Part shown: one piece after another, positions 38,894 to 50,038 of the stretch
Layout of the letters: every line of letters starts with the position of its first letter
Numbering within the stretch: the stretch's first letter is position 1
NCBI GenBank assembly: GCA_040879435.1
Contig: JBBDKG010000012.1
Coordinates: forward strand, 2,755-66,754
DNA: 64,000 nt
Reading direction: 5' to 3'
Origin: Minisyncoccota bacterium
GTDB taxonomy: Bacteria > Patescibacteriota > Minisyncoccia > Phycocordibacterales > UBA918
Notes under the pieces: generated by a model
The model's database searches: none
What the model was told of the DNA's origin: nothing
Seen by the model: only the letters and a program-made list of their open reading frames with translations
Made by a program: the position numbers and the translations under genes

Positions 38894-39658
38894 TCAGGCG
38901 AATGCCGGCCACTGGGACTTCACCCAGCGCGCAAGCATGCGGAACACGAACGCGAGACCGAGACCAACTGTAGCACTGATCGCCATCACCCAGATCGTCT
39001 GGGTGGTAAGGGCACCGATCAAGACCCCGACTGCCGCGTAGAAGAAACAATCGAGTGCGTCGTTTGAATGGACGCGGACGAACAGCGCGACCAGGAACCG
39101 ACCAATCGTCGGAAGAGCGCGGACGAACATGACCACGCCAAGTCCGATGAGACACGCGACGCCGATCGGACTGACACCCAGGACCACATCCCGTTTCTTG
39201 CGTGCGACGGTATTGATCCGCAGTACGCTCGTACGCCCCTTCCGACTTCCTAGATGGTCGGAAGAAATCGCCCACAACCAGCCAAACACGAGGAACGCGC
39301 CGGCGACGCCTGCTGAACCCATGACAGCATGCGAGAGCATGATATCGGTTCTCCAGAGCATGATGCCAGCCATCACCACCAGCGCGTTGAGCGCAAAGGA
39401 TGCTGCGGCCGCTGCGCACCAGAAAATGTATGTTGCCCAGGCCCAGTACCGCTCGGTGTCTGGTCTCCAGCTGGAAACTGACTTCCATACTGCCGGTGTC
39501 TGCCGCTTGATGTCATGCCAGGCGTAGACCAGCCAGCCAGCAATTCCACCTGCCGGCCCGCCCACGAAATACCAGCCAGCTGCTTCGGCAAGCACATGGA
39601 CGATTGCGCCCCCAATGAGCGCGCCGCAGAAGATCGCAAAATATACTCGTCCGTTCAT
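38894..39658 (-). CDS. Hypothetical multi-TM protein
   Basis: TTGATT-N17-CATAGT promoter, SD AGGGAG, hydrophobic; terminator at about 38852-38878. Confidence 0.65.
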   Translation of the reverse strand: MNGRVYFAIFCGALIGGAIVHVLAEAAGWYFVGGPAGGIAGWLVYAWHDIKRQTPAVWKSVSSWRPDTERYWAWATYIFWCAAAAASFALNALVVMAGIMLWRTDIMLSHAVMGSAGVAGAFLVFGWLWAISSDHLGSRKGRTSVLRINTVARKKRDVVLGVSPIGVACLIGLGVVMFVRALPTIGRFLVALFVRVHSNDALDCFFYAAVGVLIGALTTQTIWVMAISATVGLGLAFVFRMLARWVKSQWPAFA

Positions 39659-39741
39659 GGTCTTTCTCCCTTTCAATGCCCTTATTGGGCAACAAAACTT
39701 ATGAGACTATGCCATAGTTCAACTTTGGAATCAAGATAACG

Positions 39742-39771
39742 CAAAACAGCCGGCATCACGCCGGCTGTTTT
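39742..39771 (-). terminator. rpoBC terminator
   Basis: CAAAACAGCCGGC-ATCAC-GCCGGCTGTTTTG. Confidence 0.75.
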
Positions 39772-39787
39772 GGTTCGTTGTATAAAT

Positions 39788-42700
39788 CTATTCGCTCTCG
39801 GCAATGGTTTTGATCATCTCGTGCTTGTTTGAACCTGGGAACCCAGTTCCTGCAGGGATCAAACGTCCGATAATGACATTCTCCATAAGGCCGGTGAGGT
39901 TGTCCTCACTTCCCTTCACCGCAGCGTTGATGAGAACGCGTGTCGTGTTCTGGAATGAAGCTGCAGAGAGGAAACTCTTTCGTGTGAGTGAGGTCTCGGT
40001 GATACCAAGGATAAGCTTCTCCGCCTTTGCAGGCTCCTTGCCTTCAGCCTTCATCTTTTCATTCTCCTCCACGAAGATCCATTCCTCCACCACTTCACCT
40101 ACCGTGAAGCGTGCGTCGCCGTTATCGGTCACCTTCACACGGCTCATCATCTGCTTGACGATAAGTTCAATGTGCTTGCGCGCGATGGTCACACCCTGCA
40201 ACTCGTAGATCTTATTGATCTCAGAGATGATGTAGTCCTGAGTGAGCTCACGGCCGCCATACTTGAAGAGCTCCGGAAGGTGCGCCGAACCATCAGTGAG
40301 TAGCTGACCTTCGGTCACTGACTCACCCTTCGCAACGGTCATCACACGACGATAATGCACTGGATACTCGAGGTTGTCTGAGGTCTTCTTTGCATACTTC
40401 GCACCCTTCTCAGGTGTGACGACGATGATGCGGTCACGACCGTCACGTTTGATCTCGGTCACGATACCATTGGTTTTCGATACGGCCGCCGGGATCTTCG
40501 GCTGACGCTTCTCGAACACCTCTTCCACTCGTGGAAGACCCGAGGTCACGTCACCACCAACCGACGCGGCACCACCGGCGTGCTTCGTGTTCATAGTGAG
40601 CTGTGTACCCGGCTCACCGATCGCCTGTGCGGCGATGGTTCCAACCGCTTCACCGATATCGATGAGCTTGTTGCTCGCGAGGTCGACGCCGTAGCACTGC
40701 TGACACACTCCACGAAGCGTCTTGCAGGTCATTGGTGAACGCACCACCACGGACTCCGCGGTCGTACCCTCGATCGCAAGCGCGTCGCGGCGTGAAAGCA
40801 GATGTCCTTTCTTGAAGAGTACCGTACCCTTGGCATCAACCGCATCCTCAACGAGCACTCGTCCTTTGATCGCCTTTGAGAACGCGATCTCGATACCGGA
40901 CGCGGACACACGGCCGATTCGTGTTCCCTGCTTTGTCTTGCAGTCTGCTTCGGTCACGATAGCATCCTGCGCCACCACGAAGAGTCGGCGGGTAAGGTAG
41001 CCGGCCTTTGCGGTCTGGAGCGCCGTGTCAGCAAGCCCCTTACGCGAACCGTGCGTGGTGTTGAAGTACTCGATCGGGCTCATACCCTCCTTCATCGAGG
41101 AAAGGACCGGGAACTCGAGCGTTTCACCGCGAGTGTTCACGATGAGACCCTTCATACCGATCATCTGCGCGATCTGCCGGACGCTACCACGCGCTCCTGA
41201 CTTCCAGAGATCGTAGGCTGAACCGTTGGTGTCCATGCGCAGAGGGATGATCTCCTCGAGCTCTGACTTGGCTCGCAGCCAGATCTCCACGATGTGCCGG
41301 CGGCGTTCGTCGCGTGCCAAGAGACCCTGTTCGAAGTGATCACGTACCACCAGTTCTTCTGCACGCGCCTTATCAAGGATCGCCTGCTTCTCGACCGGTA
41401 CGGTCACGTCATCGATTCCCCATGTGGTACCTGAGTGGGTTGCATACTTGAAACCGAACTTCTTGATCTTGTTCACCACACCTGGTACCACGTCCACTCC
41501 CTGGTCGTCGATCAGGTCGATGACGATACCAAAGAGGTCACGCTGGGTCACCACGTTGTTGATGTATGGGTGCTCTGAAGGGAGTACGCTGTTAAAGAGG
41601 AGACGCCCCACCGTTGTCTCAAACACCTTCCCTTCGAACTGTGAGTATTTCGCAGTGTCGGTAGCAAGGACCTTAATGGTGGCGCGGAAGTCCACGAGAC
41701 CATAGTCGTACGCGTTAATCGCATCGTTCGGAGACGAGAACCACTTCCCTTCACCCTTCGCGCCTTCGATAACCTTTGTCATCCAGTACGCACCGAGCGC
41801 CATATCCATCAAGGATTCAGACACAACCGGCTCCGAGCTTCCCGGCTTCAGTACGTTCTTGTTCGCTGAGATGATCTCGCGCGCCTCCATCTGCGCCTCT
41901 TCTGAAAGCGGTACGTGTACCGCCATCTGGTCACCGTCGAAGTCGGCGTTGAACGCACGGCACACAAGCGGGTGCACCTGGATCGCATTGCCTTCAATCA
42001 AGACCGGGCGGAACGCCTGGATACCCTGACGGTGGAGTGTCGGTGCACGGTTGAGAAGCACGTGCTTGTCCTTGATCACATCCTCAAGAATTGCCCATAC
42101 TTCAGGCACTCCGTCCTCGATGAGACGACCTGCACCACGAATGTTGTATGCAAGCTCCTGACGAAGCAGCTCAGAGATCACGAACGGGCGGAAGAGCTCA
42201 AGCACCATGTGCTTCGGGAGACCGCACTGGTCGAGATCGAGGTCCGGACCGATGACGATCACTGAACGACCGGAGTAGTCAACACGCTTTCCGAGCAGGT
42301 TCTGGCGAAAGTATCCCTGCTTCGATTTGAGGTAGTCAGCAAGACTCTTCAGTGGTCGGCGCTGCGCCTGGCTCATCGCCGAGTACGCCGCGTTCCCATG
42401 ACGGATCGAGTTGTCGATCAACGCATCGACCGCTTCCTGCAGGATACGCTTCTCGTTTCGCAGAATCACATCCGGTGCCATGATATCGATCAACTTCTTC
42501 AGACGATTGTTTCGGTTGATCACCCGACGGTAGAGGTCGTTGAGGTCTGATGACGCGTGTCGGCCACCTTCAAGCGCGACCATTGGACGGAGTGCCGGTG
42601 GGATCACCGGGATACGTGTCAGGAACATCCACTCAGGACGGATCTCTGAGTGAGCCATACCGCGGATGAGTGTCAGCCGCTTATCAAGCTTCGTGCGTTC

Positions 42701-43480
42701 TGCAGCACCCGCCTTCTCCCGCTGTTCTTCAAGCTCTGCCTGAAGCTTCACAAGGTCAAGGTTCTTGAAGAGTTCGTATACCGACTCCGCACCGATCTTC
42801 GCCTCGAAGAGCGTCGAATACTTCATTGAGAACTTGTGGAAATTGTTCTCCTCGAGTACGACACCCTGCTTGATGCTTTCGATCTCACGCTTGGAGTCAT
42901 CCATGCGCTTCTTGAGCTCCTCACGCGCATCGTCGTTTTGAAGCTCCTTGAGCTTGGTCTTGTATTCGTTTGCGAGTTCCGCAAGGAGTCGTGCACGCTC
43001 GCTCTCTGACACTTTCGTAACAATGTATCCGGCGAAGTAGATCACCTTTTCGATGTCCGTCGCCGTGATGCCGAGGATGAGAGCGATTCGGCTTGGTACG
43101 CCGCGAAGGAACCAGATGTGTGAGACAGGGACGCAGAGCTCGATGTGGCCCATGCGATCGCGTCGTACGATCGAACGGGTGATCTCCACCCCACACTTCT
43201 CACACGTAATGCCTTTGTACCGGATACCCCGGTACTTCTTGCAGGCACATTCATAGTCCTCTACCGGACCGAAGATCCGTTCGTCGAAGAGACCGTGCTT
43301 TTCCGGTCGCTGGGTACGGTAGTTGATCGTTTCCGGCTTGGTCACCTCACCCTTTGACCACTCGAGGATTCGATCCGGCGAAGCAAGCTTCAGCGAAAGC
43401 GAAGAGAACTGCTGCGGCATATTGCGCGGGCGGTCTTTGCCGAATCGTCGTCCTGGTGCTGATGTATTTTGTGTTTCCAT
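39788..43480 (-). CDS. rpoC: RNA polymerase beta' subunit
   Basis: Zn finger, [32 protein letters not shown]. Confidence 0.99.
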   Translation of the reverse strand: METQNTSAPGRRFGKDRPRNMPQQFSSLSLKLASPDRILEWSKGEVTKPETINYRTQRPEKHGLFDERIFGPVEDYECACKKYRGIRYKGITCEKCGVEITRSIVRRDRMGHIELCVPVSHIWFLRGVPSRIALILGITATDIEKVIYFAGYIVTKVSESERARLLAELANEYKTKLKELQNDDAREELKKRMDDSKREIESIKQGVVLEENNFHKFSMKYSTLFEAKIGAESVYELFKNLDLVKLQAELEEQREKAGAAERTKLDKRLTLIRGMAHSEIRPEWMFLTRIPVIPPALRPMVALEGGRHASSDLNDLYRRVINRNNRLKKLIDIMAPDVILRNEKRILQEAVDALIDNSIRHGNAAYSAMSQAQRRPLKSLADYLKSKQGYFRQNLLGKRVDYSGRSVIVIGPDLDLDQCGLPKHMVLELFRPFVISELLRQELAYNIRGAGRLIEDGVPEVWAILEDVIKDKHVLLNRAPTLHRQGIQAFRPVLIEGNAIQVHPLVCRAFNADFDGDQMAVHVPLSEEAQMEAREIISANKNVLKPGSSEPVVSESLMDMALGAYWMTKVIEGAKGEGKWFSSPNDAINAYDYGLVDFRATIKVLATDTAKYSQFEGKVFETTVGRLLFNSVLPSEHPYINNVVTQRDLFGIVIDLIDDQGVDVVPGVVNKIKKFGFKYATHSGTTWGIDDVTVPVEKQAILDKARAEELVVRDHFEQGLLARDERRRHIVEIWLRAKSELEEIIPLRMDTNGSAYDLWKSGARGSVRQIAQMIGMKGLIVNTRGETLEFPVLSSMKEGMSPIEYFNTTHGSRKGLADTALQTAKAGYLTRRLFVVAQDAIVTEADCKTKQGTRIGRVSASGIEIAFSKAIKGRVLVEDAVDAKGTVLFKKGHLLSRRDALAIEGTTAESVVVRSPMTCKTLRGVCQQCYGVDLASNKLIDIGEAVGTIAAQAIGEPGTQLTMNTKHAGGAASVGGDVTSGLPRVEEVFEKRQPKIPAAVSKTNGIVTEIKRDGRDRIIVVTPEKGAKYAKKTSDNLEYPVHYRRVMTVAKGESVTEGQLLTDGSAHLPELFKYGGRELTQDYIISEINKIYELQGVTIARKHIELIVKQMMSRVKVTDNGDARFTVGEVVEEWIFVEENEKMKAEGKEPAKAEKLILGITETSLTRKSFLSAASFQNTTRVLINAAVKGSEDNLTGLMENVIIGRLIPAGTGFPGSNKHEMIKTIAESE

Positions 43481-43506
43481 ACTAATGTTTGAAATGAGTG
43501 AGGCTA

Positions 43507-46500
43507 CTAAGCGGTTTCAGTGCGAGGTGTTCGTGTGCGAACAGCTTCTCCGACCGGGTCATGCTCGAGTGCAACGTCGAGTGAGAGACCACGAAGCTGA
43601 TTAAGGAGCACGTTGAAGGCAGCCGGCGTATGCGGATGACTGATCCGCTCACCGCGTACGATCGCATCGAATGCGGCCGAACGACCGACAATGTCGTCCG
43701 ACTTGATGGTGAGCATCTCACGGAGCGTGTATGCCGCGCCGTATCCGAGAAGTGCCCACACCTCCATTTCTCCGAACCGCTGTCCACCGACCTGCGCCTT
43801 TCCGCCGAGTGGCTGCTGTGTGATGAGTGAGTACGGACCGATTGAACGCATGTGGATCTTGTCTTCCACCATGTGGTGGAGCTTGAGGATATACATATAT
43901 CCAAGCGCAGTCTTCTGCGCGAACTCTTCACCGGAACGACCGTCACGGAGCTGCATCTTGCCGTCCTCCGGCAAACCAGCCTCCTTAAGTTCTGCTTTGA
44001 TGTCCGCCTCATTCGCACCGCCGAATGGGGGAACGATCGCCTGGTACCCCAGCGTATTGGCTGCCATACCGAGGTGGAGCTCGAGGATCTGACCGAGGTT
44101 CATACGACTCGGAACGCCGAGTGGTGTGAGAAGGATGTCGATCGGACGTCCGTCCTCGGTGAACGGCATGTCCTCTTCCGGAAGGATGCGTGAAATCACA
44201 CCCTTGTTTCCATGTCGACCGGCGAGCTTGTCACCGACCGAGATGTTGCGGACCTGCGCGACGGTGATGTGGATACGCTTAATGACACCACTCTCGAGAT
44301 GGTCACCGTTCTCTCGCGAGAAGATCTTCACACCGATAACACGACCACGCTTTCCTGCTTCCAGCCGAAGCGAGGTGTCCTTCACATCCTTCGCCTTCTC
44401 ACCGAAGATCGAACGGAGTAGTCGCTCTTCAGGTGTGAGCTGTGTTTCTCCCTTTGGCGTCACCTTTCCAACTAAGATATCCCCCGGACGAACCTCAGCA
44501 CCAATGCGGATGATACCGCTCTCGTCGAGATTGCGGAGCTTCAGCTCAGACACGTTCGGAATGTCCGGCGTCGTCACTTCAGGACCAAGCTTCGTGTCCC
44601 GCACTGATACGTCGAGCTCATCCATATGAATGGATGCGAACTTGCTCTGCTTGACGAGTCGCTCCGAGATAATGATCGCGTCCTCGTAGTTCGCACCGTT
44701 CCAACTCATGAAGGCAACGAGTGCGTTCTGCCCTACCGCCATCTGACCGTTGTCTGTTGATGAGGTGTCGGCCAGGAGGTCACCACGCTTCACCTTGTCG
44801 CCCACAGTTACTGCCGGGCGATGGTAGAACGCAGAGAAATCATTGGTACGTTCAAAGTTCGTGAGTTCATACTCACGCTTCTTGCCCTCCTTGTTCTTGA
44901 CGACGATACGCTTGGCGTCAGCCGTGATGACCTCGCCGGCCTCAGCCGCAATGATCACGCGGCCGGTGTCCCGTGCTGCCAGTTTCTCAACGCCGGTTGC
45001 AACGAGCGGTGCCTCCTGAATCACACAAGGCGTCGCCTGCTTCTGCATGTTCGATCCCATGAGCGTACGGTTCGCGTCGTCGTGGTTGAGGAATGGAATC
45101 ATCGAGGTTGCGACCGAGAACGCCTGGTTGGTCGCCACGTCCATATAGTCAACCTCCTTTGGGTCGATCACACGAGGCTCTCCGTTCTTGCGCACTTCGA
45201 TAAGGTCGGACTTGATCTTCCCTTTCTCGTCGATCTCAACTGCAGCGTGCGCGATGTTAAATCGTTCTTCTTCGTGTGCGTTCAGGTACACGATCTCGTC
45301 GGTCACCACACCTTTACTCACCTTCACATACGGTGACTCGATGATACCGAAACGGTTCACACGAGCATACATGGAGAGACGAAGGATGAGGCCGATGTTC
45401 GGTCCTTCAGGTGTGTGGATCGGACAGAGTCGGCCATAGTGGCTGGTGTGGACGTCACGCACCTCAAAGCCGGCGCGCTCACGGGTGAGACCGCCCGGAC
45501 CGAGCGCTGAGAGTGTACGAAGTCCCTCGAGCTCTGCAAGGATGTTCTGCTGCGGACCAAACTGCGAGAGCTGGTTCGTGGTGAAGAACTCCTTGATGGC
45601 AGCCTGCAGTGGGCGTGGGTTGATGATCTGCGTCGGGAGACTGGTCTCAGACTCGATCGTGGACATACGGTCCTGGATATTCCGCTTCATGCGGGTCATA
45701 CCAACACGAACACGCTGCTGGAGCATTTCACCAAAGTATCGCACGCGACGGAATCCGAGGTGGTCGATGTCGTCAGGAAGCGATCCCGGAGTGTTGTTGC
45801 ACTCCATGATACGCGAGAGAATGAGTTTGAGGTCCTCAACAGAGACGGTCCGTTCATCGAGTGCCTTCTTTTCGAGTGAACGACTGAATCGTTCATTAAA
45901 ATGATGACGGCCGATCTCAGAGAGGTCGTATCGCTCAGGAGCAAAGAGTGAATTGACGAATTCACGGGCGCTGTCGACCGTTGCAAGGTCCCCGTCACGA
46001 AGTCGCTTATATATCTCAACATACGAGTCGTCGGTCGAGTGCGCCGGATCCTTCTCGAGAGTTGTCTTGAGGTACGCTTCCGCATGCGGCACACCCTTGA
46101 AGAGTGCGAGCATCTCCTTTTCGGTCTCAACTCCGAGCACACGAAGGAGTGAGGTGATCGGAAACTTCTTCTTGCGGTCGATCTTTACGTAGATGACACC
46201 ATCGTGTTCTGATTCGATCTCAACCCACGCACCACGTGCCGGGATGATCTTCGCACCAAAGTATGTCTTTCCTTTTTGCTCCTGCGCGGTGAAGAAGATA
46301 CCGTACGAGCGGGCGAGCTGCGGAACAATGACGCGCTCGACACCGTTGATGATGAAGGTGCCGTGCTCGGTCATCGCAGGAATGTCCGCAAGAAAGATCT
46401 CCTGTTCCTTCTGACTATCGAAGGTCTTGTTCTTGAGAATGATGTGCGCCGAGAGCGGTGCGTCATAGGTGAGCTTGTTCTCTTTTGCAAAGGCCGGCGT

Positions 46501-46764
46501 GGTTTTCGGCTTGCCAAGTTCATACTTCTTGAACTGGAGTTCAAACTTCTTGTCCGAATAGTCCGCGATCGGTGAGAACTCTTTAAAGATATCCTTCAGT
46601 CCTTCCTCAACGAACCACTTGAAGGATACGTGTTGCGGTTCGATCAGGTCTGGCAGGTCGACGCGCGGCGCGCCGAACTTGGCGAACGTTCGTTCCGGAA
46701 GATTTCCGACGGAAACTCCCGACATCAGTGCCTCGTTCAGTTTTGTATCGATTGACTTACTCAT
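43507..46764 (-). CDS. rpoB: RNA polymerase beta subunit
   Basis: FIINGVERV, CPIHTPEG, GDKLAGRHGNKG, GGQRFGEMEVWAL. Confidence 0.99.
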   Translation of the reverse strand: MSKSIDTKLNEALMSGVSVGNLPERTFAKFGAPRVDLPDLIEPQHVSFKWFVEEGLKDIFKEFSPIADYSDKKFELQFKKYELGKPKTTPAFAKENKLTYDAPLSAHIILKNKTFDSQKEQEIFLADIPAMTEHGTFIINGVERVIVPQLARSYGIFFTAQEQKGKTYFGAKIIPARGAWVEIESEHDGVIYVKIDRKKKFPITSLLRVLGVETEKEMLALFKGVPHAEAYLKTTLEKDPAHSTDDSYVEIYKRLRDGDLATVDSAREFVNSLFAPERYDLSEIGRHHFNERFSRSLEKKALDERTVSVEDLKLILSRIMECNNTPGSLPDDIDHLGFRRVRYFGEMLQQRVRVGMTRMKRNIQDRMSTIESETSLPTQIINPRPLQAAIKEFFTTNQLSQFGPQQNILAELEGLRTLSALGPGGLTRERAGFEVRDVHTSHYGRLCPIHTPEGPNIGLILRLSMYARVNRFGIIESPYVKVSKGVVTDEIVYLNAHEEERFNIAHAAVEIDEKGKIKSDLIEVRKNGEPRVIDPKEVDYMDVATNQAFSVATSMIPFLNHDDANRTLMGSNMQKQATPCVIQEAPLVATGVEKLAARDTGRVIIAAEAGEVITADAKRIVVKNKEGKKREYELTNFERTNDFSAFYHRPAVTVGDKVKRGDLLADTSSTDNGQMAVGQNALVAFMSWNGANYEDAIIISERLVKQSKFASIHMDELDVSVRDTKLGPEVTTPDIPNVSELKLRNLDESGIIRIGAEVRPGDILVGKVTPKGETQLTPEERLLRSIFGEKAKDVKDTSLRLEAGKRGRVIGVKIFSRENGDHLESGVIKRIHITVAQVRNISVGDKLAGRHGNKGVISRILPEEDMPFTEDGRPIDILLTPLGVPSRMNLGQILELHLGMAANTLGYQAIVPPFGGANEADIKAELKEAGLPEDGKMQLRDGRSGEEFAQKTALGYMYILKLHHMVEDKIHMRSIGPYSLITQQPLGGKAQVGGQRFGEMEVWALLGYGAAYTLREMLTIKSDDIVGRSAAFDAIVRGERISHPHTPAAFNVLLNQLRGLSLDVALEHDPVGEAVRTRTPRTETA

Positions 46765-47035
46765 GACGTAGTACTCATTACCCCCAAACCGCAAACGAAA
46801 AGACAGCGCACAAAAGCGCCTCTGCCGACATAGTTTGCGGTTATGCTTTTAAATAGAATTGCATCACAACCCCCGTGAAGTTGACGTGTACCTGAACACC
46901 CCTTTCAGGAACACCGCTATTCCGCATTTATTTCAGACGCACCGGTTCCGATACTATAAAAAGAAGATGGAACTGTATGCGCCTTGTTAATCTTTGCACC
47001 CGGGACTCAATCGAGATCAAAATTGCGTTGCGGGG

Positions 47036-47063
47036 AGTATAGCAGAAAACAGAGATTCGTCAA
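47036..47063 (-). promoter_or_regulatory. sigma70 promoter for rpoBC
   Basis: TTGACG-N16-TATACT with extended TG; implies a 5' UTR of about 265 nt. Confidence 0.65.
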
Positions 47064-47106
47064 TGCTATCAACTGTTTACCAATATGAAGATGCTGTTAA
47101 AATGAA

Positions 47107-47802
47107 GTGAGCCACAGCAACCATGAGGGATTGGTGATGCATAGCTTGAAAAAGGCCTTGTCCATCTTCCCTGCACGGTTGGTGGAAATATTCAACTTTG
47201 TCGTTCTTTACAACGAGTTCAGATACAAGCGTCGTGCGATCTACACGGTCAAGGACACCAAGGGTGAGCCGCTTGGCGAACACACGGACCAGATCGCCAT
47301 GGCGGCCATGTTCATTCGGGACCGGTTCCTGCCACATCTGAACGCAGAGAAGGTCCTGCGGTACGCATTACTCCACGACCTTGTGGAGGTGTATGGCGGA
47401 GACACGCCGGCCTTTCCTGATAAGGACGGCGCATTCGGTCTCGATGTCGTCGTCGACCACACGACGAAAAAAGAACGCGAGCACAAGGCGCTCGAACGAC
47501 TGAAGCGTGAACTGGACTGGCCCGAAGCGTTCGCGACGATCGAGACGTATGAGCAGAAAGCGGACGAGGAAAGCCGCTTCGTCTACGCACTCGACAAGTT
47601 CATTGCGGACCTGAATATCTTCGAGGACGGCGGTCGGACGAACCGTGTGCTTAAGGTAACGTACGAGGAAAAGTTGGAGTATAAGTGGCACAAGATCGCA
47701 GAACATCCCTTCCTACTCGACCTATATGGCGAGTTCTGTAGGTACTGCAAAGAACACGAGTCCGAACTGTATTTCCAGCCAACAGAGACGGCCGCCGAAT
47801 GA
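47107..47802 (+). CDS. HD-domain hydrolase (YfbR/HDDC2 5'-deoxynucleotidase-like)
   Basis: EH, LLHDLVEVYGGD, KKERE..A, ESRFVYALDK. Start may be 47137. Confidence 0.85.
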   Translation: MSHSNHEGLVMHSLKKALSIFPARLVEIFNFVVLYNEFRYKRRAIYTVKDTKGEPLGEHTDQIAMAAMFIRDRFLPHLNAEKVLRYALLHDLVEVYGGDTPAFPDKDGAFGLDVVVDHTTKKEREHKALERLKRELDWPEAFATIETYEQKADEESRFVYALDKFIADLNIFEDGGRTNRVLKVTYEEKLEYKWHKIAEHPFLLDLYGEFCRYCKEHESELYFQPTETAAE

Positions 47803-47818
47803 ATCGGCGGCCGTGTTT

Positions 47819-48487
47819 CTATTTCTGCTCTGCTCGCCACGCTTCGATCTTCTTATGATCGCCTTCAACGAGGACCAACGGCACTTTATATTTCTTCTTT
47901 TTGTATTCCACCACCTCCGGCCGTGTATACATCTCCCCACTCGAAACACGCGCATCCTCAAGGGATTCTTTGGTTCCGAGCACTCCTTCTACATTTCGCG
48001 CAACCGCATCCAGTATGGTGAGCGCCGGTAGCTCGCCTCCCGTGAGCACGTAGTCACCGACCGAAACCTCTTCGGCTTTCAATATCTTCTTCACCCGTGC
48101 ATCGATCCCTTCGTATCGTCCGCTGATAAGGACGACATCTGAATACTGCTTCGCAAGTTTCTTCGCCATCGTCTGGTCGAACGTTTTCCCACGCGGCGAC
48201 ATAATGAGGGTCTTCACCTTCTTCTTCCGCCCGACCGCTTTCTCCCACGCTTTCAGTATTGGCTCAGCCTGCATCACCATACCTGGACCGCCACCATATG
48301 GCCGGTCGTCGACCTTGTTGTGTTTGTCTTTCGTAAAGTCGCGCGGGTTGTAGTATGCGACGGAGATTTTCTTGCCGCGTACTTTCGCACCCTTTCCTTT
48401 TTCGGTCTTTTGCGCACGACCAAGGACCGACGCGTCGGTGTACGCCTGACAGGCCTCCGGAAAAAGTGTGATGATGTGGAAGTTCAT
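47819..48487 (-). CDS. trmD: tRNA (guanine37-N1)-methyltransferase
   Basis: VDDRPYGGGPGM, GRYEGID, SVGDYVLTGGE. Confidence 0.97.
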   Translation of the reverse strand: MNFHIITLFPEACQAYTDASVLGRAQKTEKGKGAKVRGKKISVAYYNPRDFTKDKHNKVDDRPYGGGPGMVMQAEPILKAWEKAVGRKKKVKTLIMSPRGKTFDQTMAKKLAKQYSDVVLISGRYEGIDARVKKILKAEEVSVGDYVLTGGELPALTILDAVARNVEGVLGTKESLEDARVSSGEMYTRPEVVEYKKKKYKVPLVLVEGDHKKIEAWRAEQK

Positions 48488-48927
48488 GTATTAGGATTGA
48501 CCCTTAGGTCGTCACGTAATTTCATCCAAAGTTTCCCCATTTTGTTCTCACCGGTACCGTCCTCGCCCGTCCCCCAATAGTAGTCGGTCGGATACACCTT
48601 TAAGAGTTCGCGATCTCCACTCTCCAACAGAATCTCTCGTATATCTGGATGCTGTGCAAGCTTTGCACGAAAGATACGTTCCATCAAGACATCCTTATCA
48701 TGTGCCGGATCCAGCTTCCCTCCCTCTTTTAGCGTCTGTGCAATACGCCACGCTTCGAGCGGACTGCTCGTCTGCAGTATCTGCTCGCGGACCTCAGGAA
48801 CCATGCGCAACGCCTGATACGCATGTTCTGCGGTCTTGTATACAACACCGTCGATCTCCACCTCATGGGCAGAGAACGGTGAGAGATAATGCCACCGGTC
48901 CTCTACAAAGTTGATCGGTTCGCTCAT
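48484..48927 (-). CDS. NADAR (YbiA/DUF1768) family protein
   Basis: LSPF, YKTAEHAYQA, AK..QH, DYYWG, GENKMGKLWMKLR. Confidence 0.92.
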   Translation of the reverse strand: MSEPINFVEDRWHYLSPFSAHEVEIDGVVYKTAEHAYQALRMVPEVREQILQTSSPLEAWRIAQTLKEGGKLDPAHDKDVLMERIFRAKLAQHPDIREILLESGDRELLKVYPTDYYWGTGEDGTGENKMGKLWMKLRDDLRVNPNT

Positions 48928-48980
48928 ATCGCAATCCTAGCACAAAACAAAACCGCGGGTACTCCCGCGATTTTGATGTT

Positions 48981-49337
48981 CTAGATCTTCAGGTCATCAA
49001 TGGCTTGGTCGAGCGTTTTCGGTTCAGCTGGTGCCAGTGTATCACTATTCGGCTCCATTGCCGCTGCCATGTCGCGTGGAATACCTTTCCCGCCTTCCGG
49101 CTCATTGATCTTTAAGTTCACGCGTGCGTCGTGCTTCATGCCGACAACGCGAAGGAGTGTACGGATCGCTTTGGCGGTATTTCCCGAGCGGCCGATGATC
49201 TTACCCATATCTTCGGCGTGTACATCGAGTGTGAGGAGCACTCCCATTTCGTCCACCGTCCGATTCGTCTTTACTGCGTCAGGATTATCCACCAGGGCCT
49301 TTACAAGCGTTTCAAGAAACTGCTGATCTTCATGCAT
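48981..49337 (-). CDS. khpA: KH-domain RNA-binding protein
   Basis: DMGKIIGRSGNTAKAIRTLL; position after rpsP. Confidence 0.92.
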   Translation of the reverse strand: MHEDQQFLETLVKALVDNPDAVKTNRTVDEMGVLLTLDVHAEDMGKIIGRSGNTAKAIRTLLRVVGMKHDARVNLKINEPEGGKGIPRDMAAAMEPNSDTLAPAEPKTLDQAIDDLKI

Positions 49338-49416
49338 ATCCTTTATGTTTATTTACTAGAAACTCCGAGGGAGCTCTGTATCTAAATAGTACGAAAGTTG
49401 CACGAGTGCGTCAATA

Positions 49417-49456
49417 AAAAATGCGTGTATTCGTGGAAGCGAATACACGCGTTTTT
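49417..49456 (-). terminator. Terminator after rpsP
   Basis: AAAAATGCGTGTATTCG-N-CGAATACACGCGTTTTT. Confidence 0.7.
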
Positions 49457-49469
49457 CATTTTGTTTTCA

Positions 49470-49940
49470 CTACGAAGCCTTCTCTTCCTCTGCTGCAGGA
49501 GCTTCATCCGGTACCGGGGTTTCTTCAGCTTCGGGAGCTGGAGCTTCTTCTGCCGGTGCAGCTTCTTCTGGAGCGACCGCAGGAGTTTCCTCCACCACTT
49601 CCGCTTCCTTCGCCTCAACTACAGCGGCCGCTTCGGCCTTTGCCTTCTCCGCCTCCTCGTTCACGATCGGTGACTTTCGTGGCAGAACGTTCACTTTCTT
49701 GGCGTCGATGATCTTCTGTCCCACGAGAATGTTGTGGACGGTTGGTGATGGCTGTACGCCCTTTGAAAGCCAGTCCTTCGCGCGGTCAGCTTTGATCTCC
49801 ACGCGGTTGCTCTTCGGATCGTACGAACCGAGGTAGTCCACGTGCTTACCACTCTTCGGGCCGGTGCGGGAATCGGTAACGACCAACCGGTATGACGGGT
49901 CGTTCTTGCGGCCAACGCGCTGTAGTCTCATCTTTAACAT
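49470..49940 (-). CDS. rpsP: 30S ribosomal protein S16 with acidic Ala/Glu/Pro tail
   Basis: MLKMRLQRVGRKNDPSYRLVV, LGSYDP, GVQPSPTV. Confidence 0.96.
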   Translation of the reverse strand: MLKMRLQRVGRKNDPSYRLVVTDSRTGPKSGKHVDYLGSYDPKSNRVEIKADRAKDWLSKGVQPSPTVHNILVGQKIIDAKKVNVLPRKSPIVNEEAEKAKAEAAAVVEAKEAEVVEETPAVAPEEAAPAEEAPAPEAEETPVPDEAPAAEEEKAS

Positions 49941-50038
49941 AAGTGACCGCAAAGATACCAGAAAGACTCCTATCAGTCAATCTGTCGAAGGGAAATGAAA
50001 TACCGCCGGACACTGGTGTGTCCGGCGGTTTACGCTCG

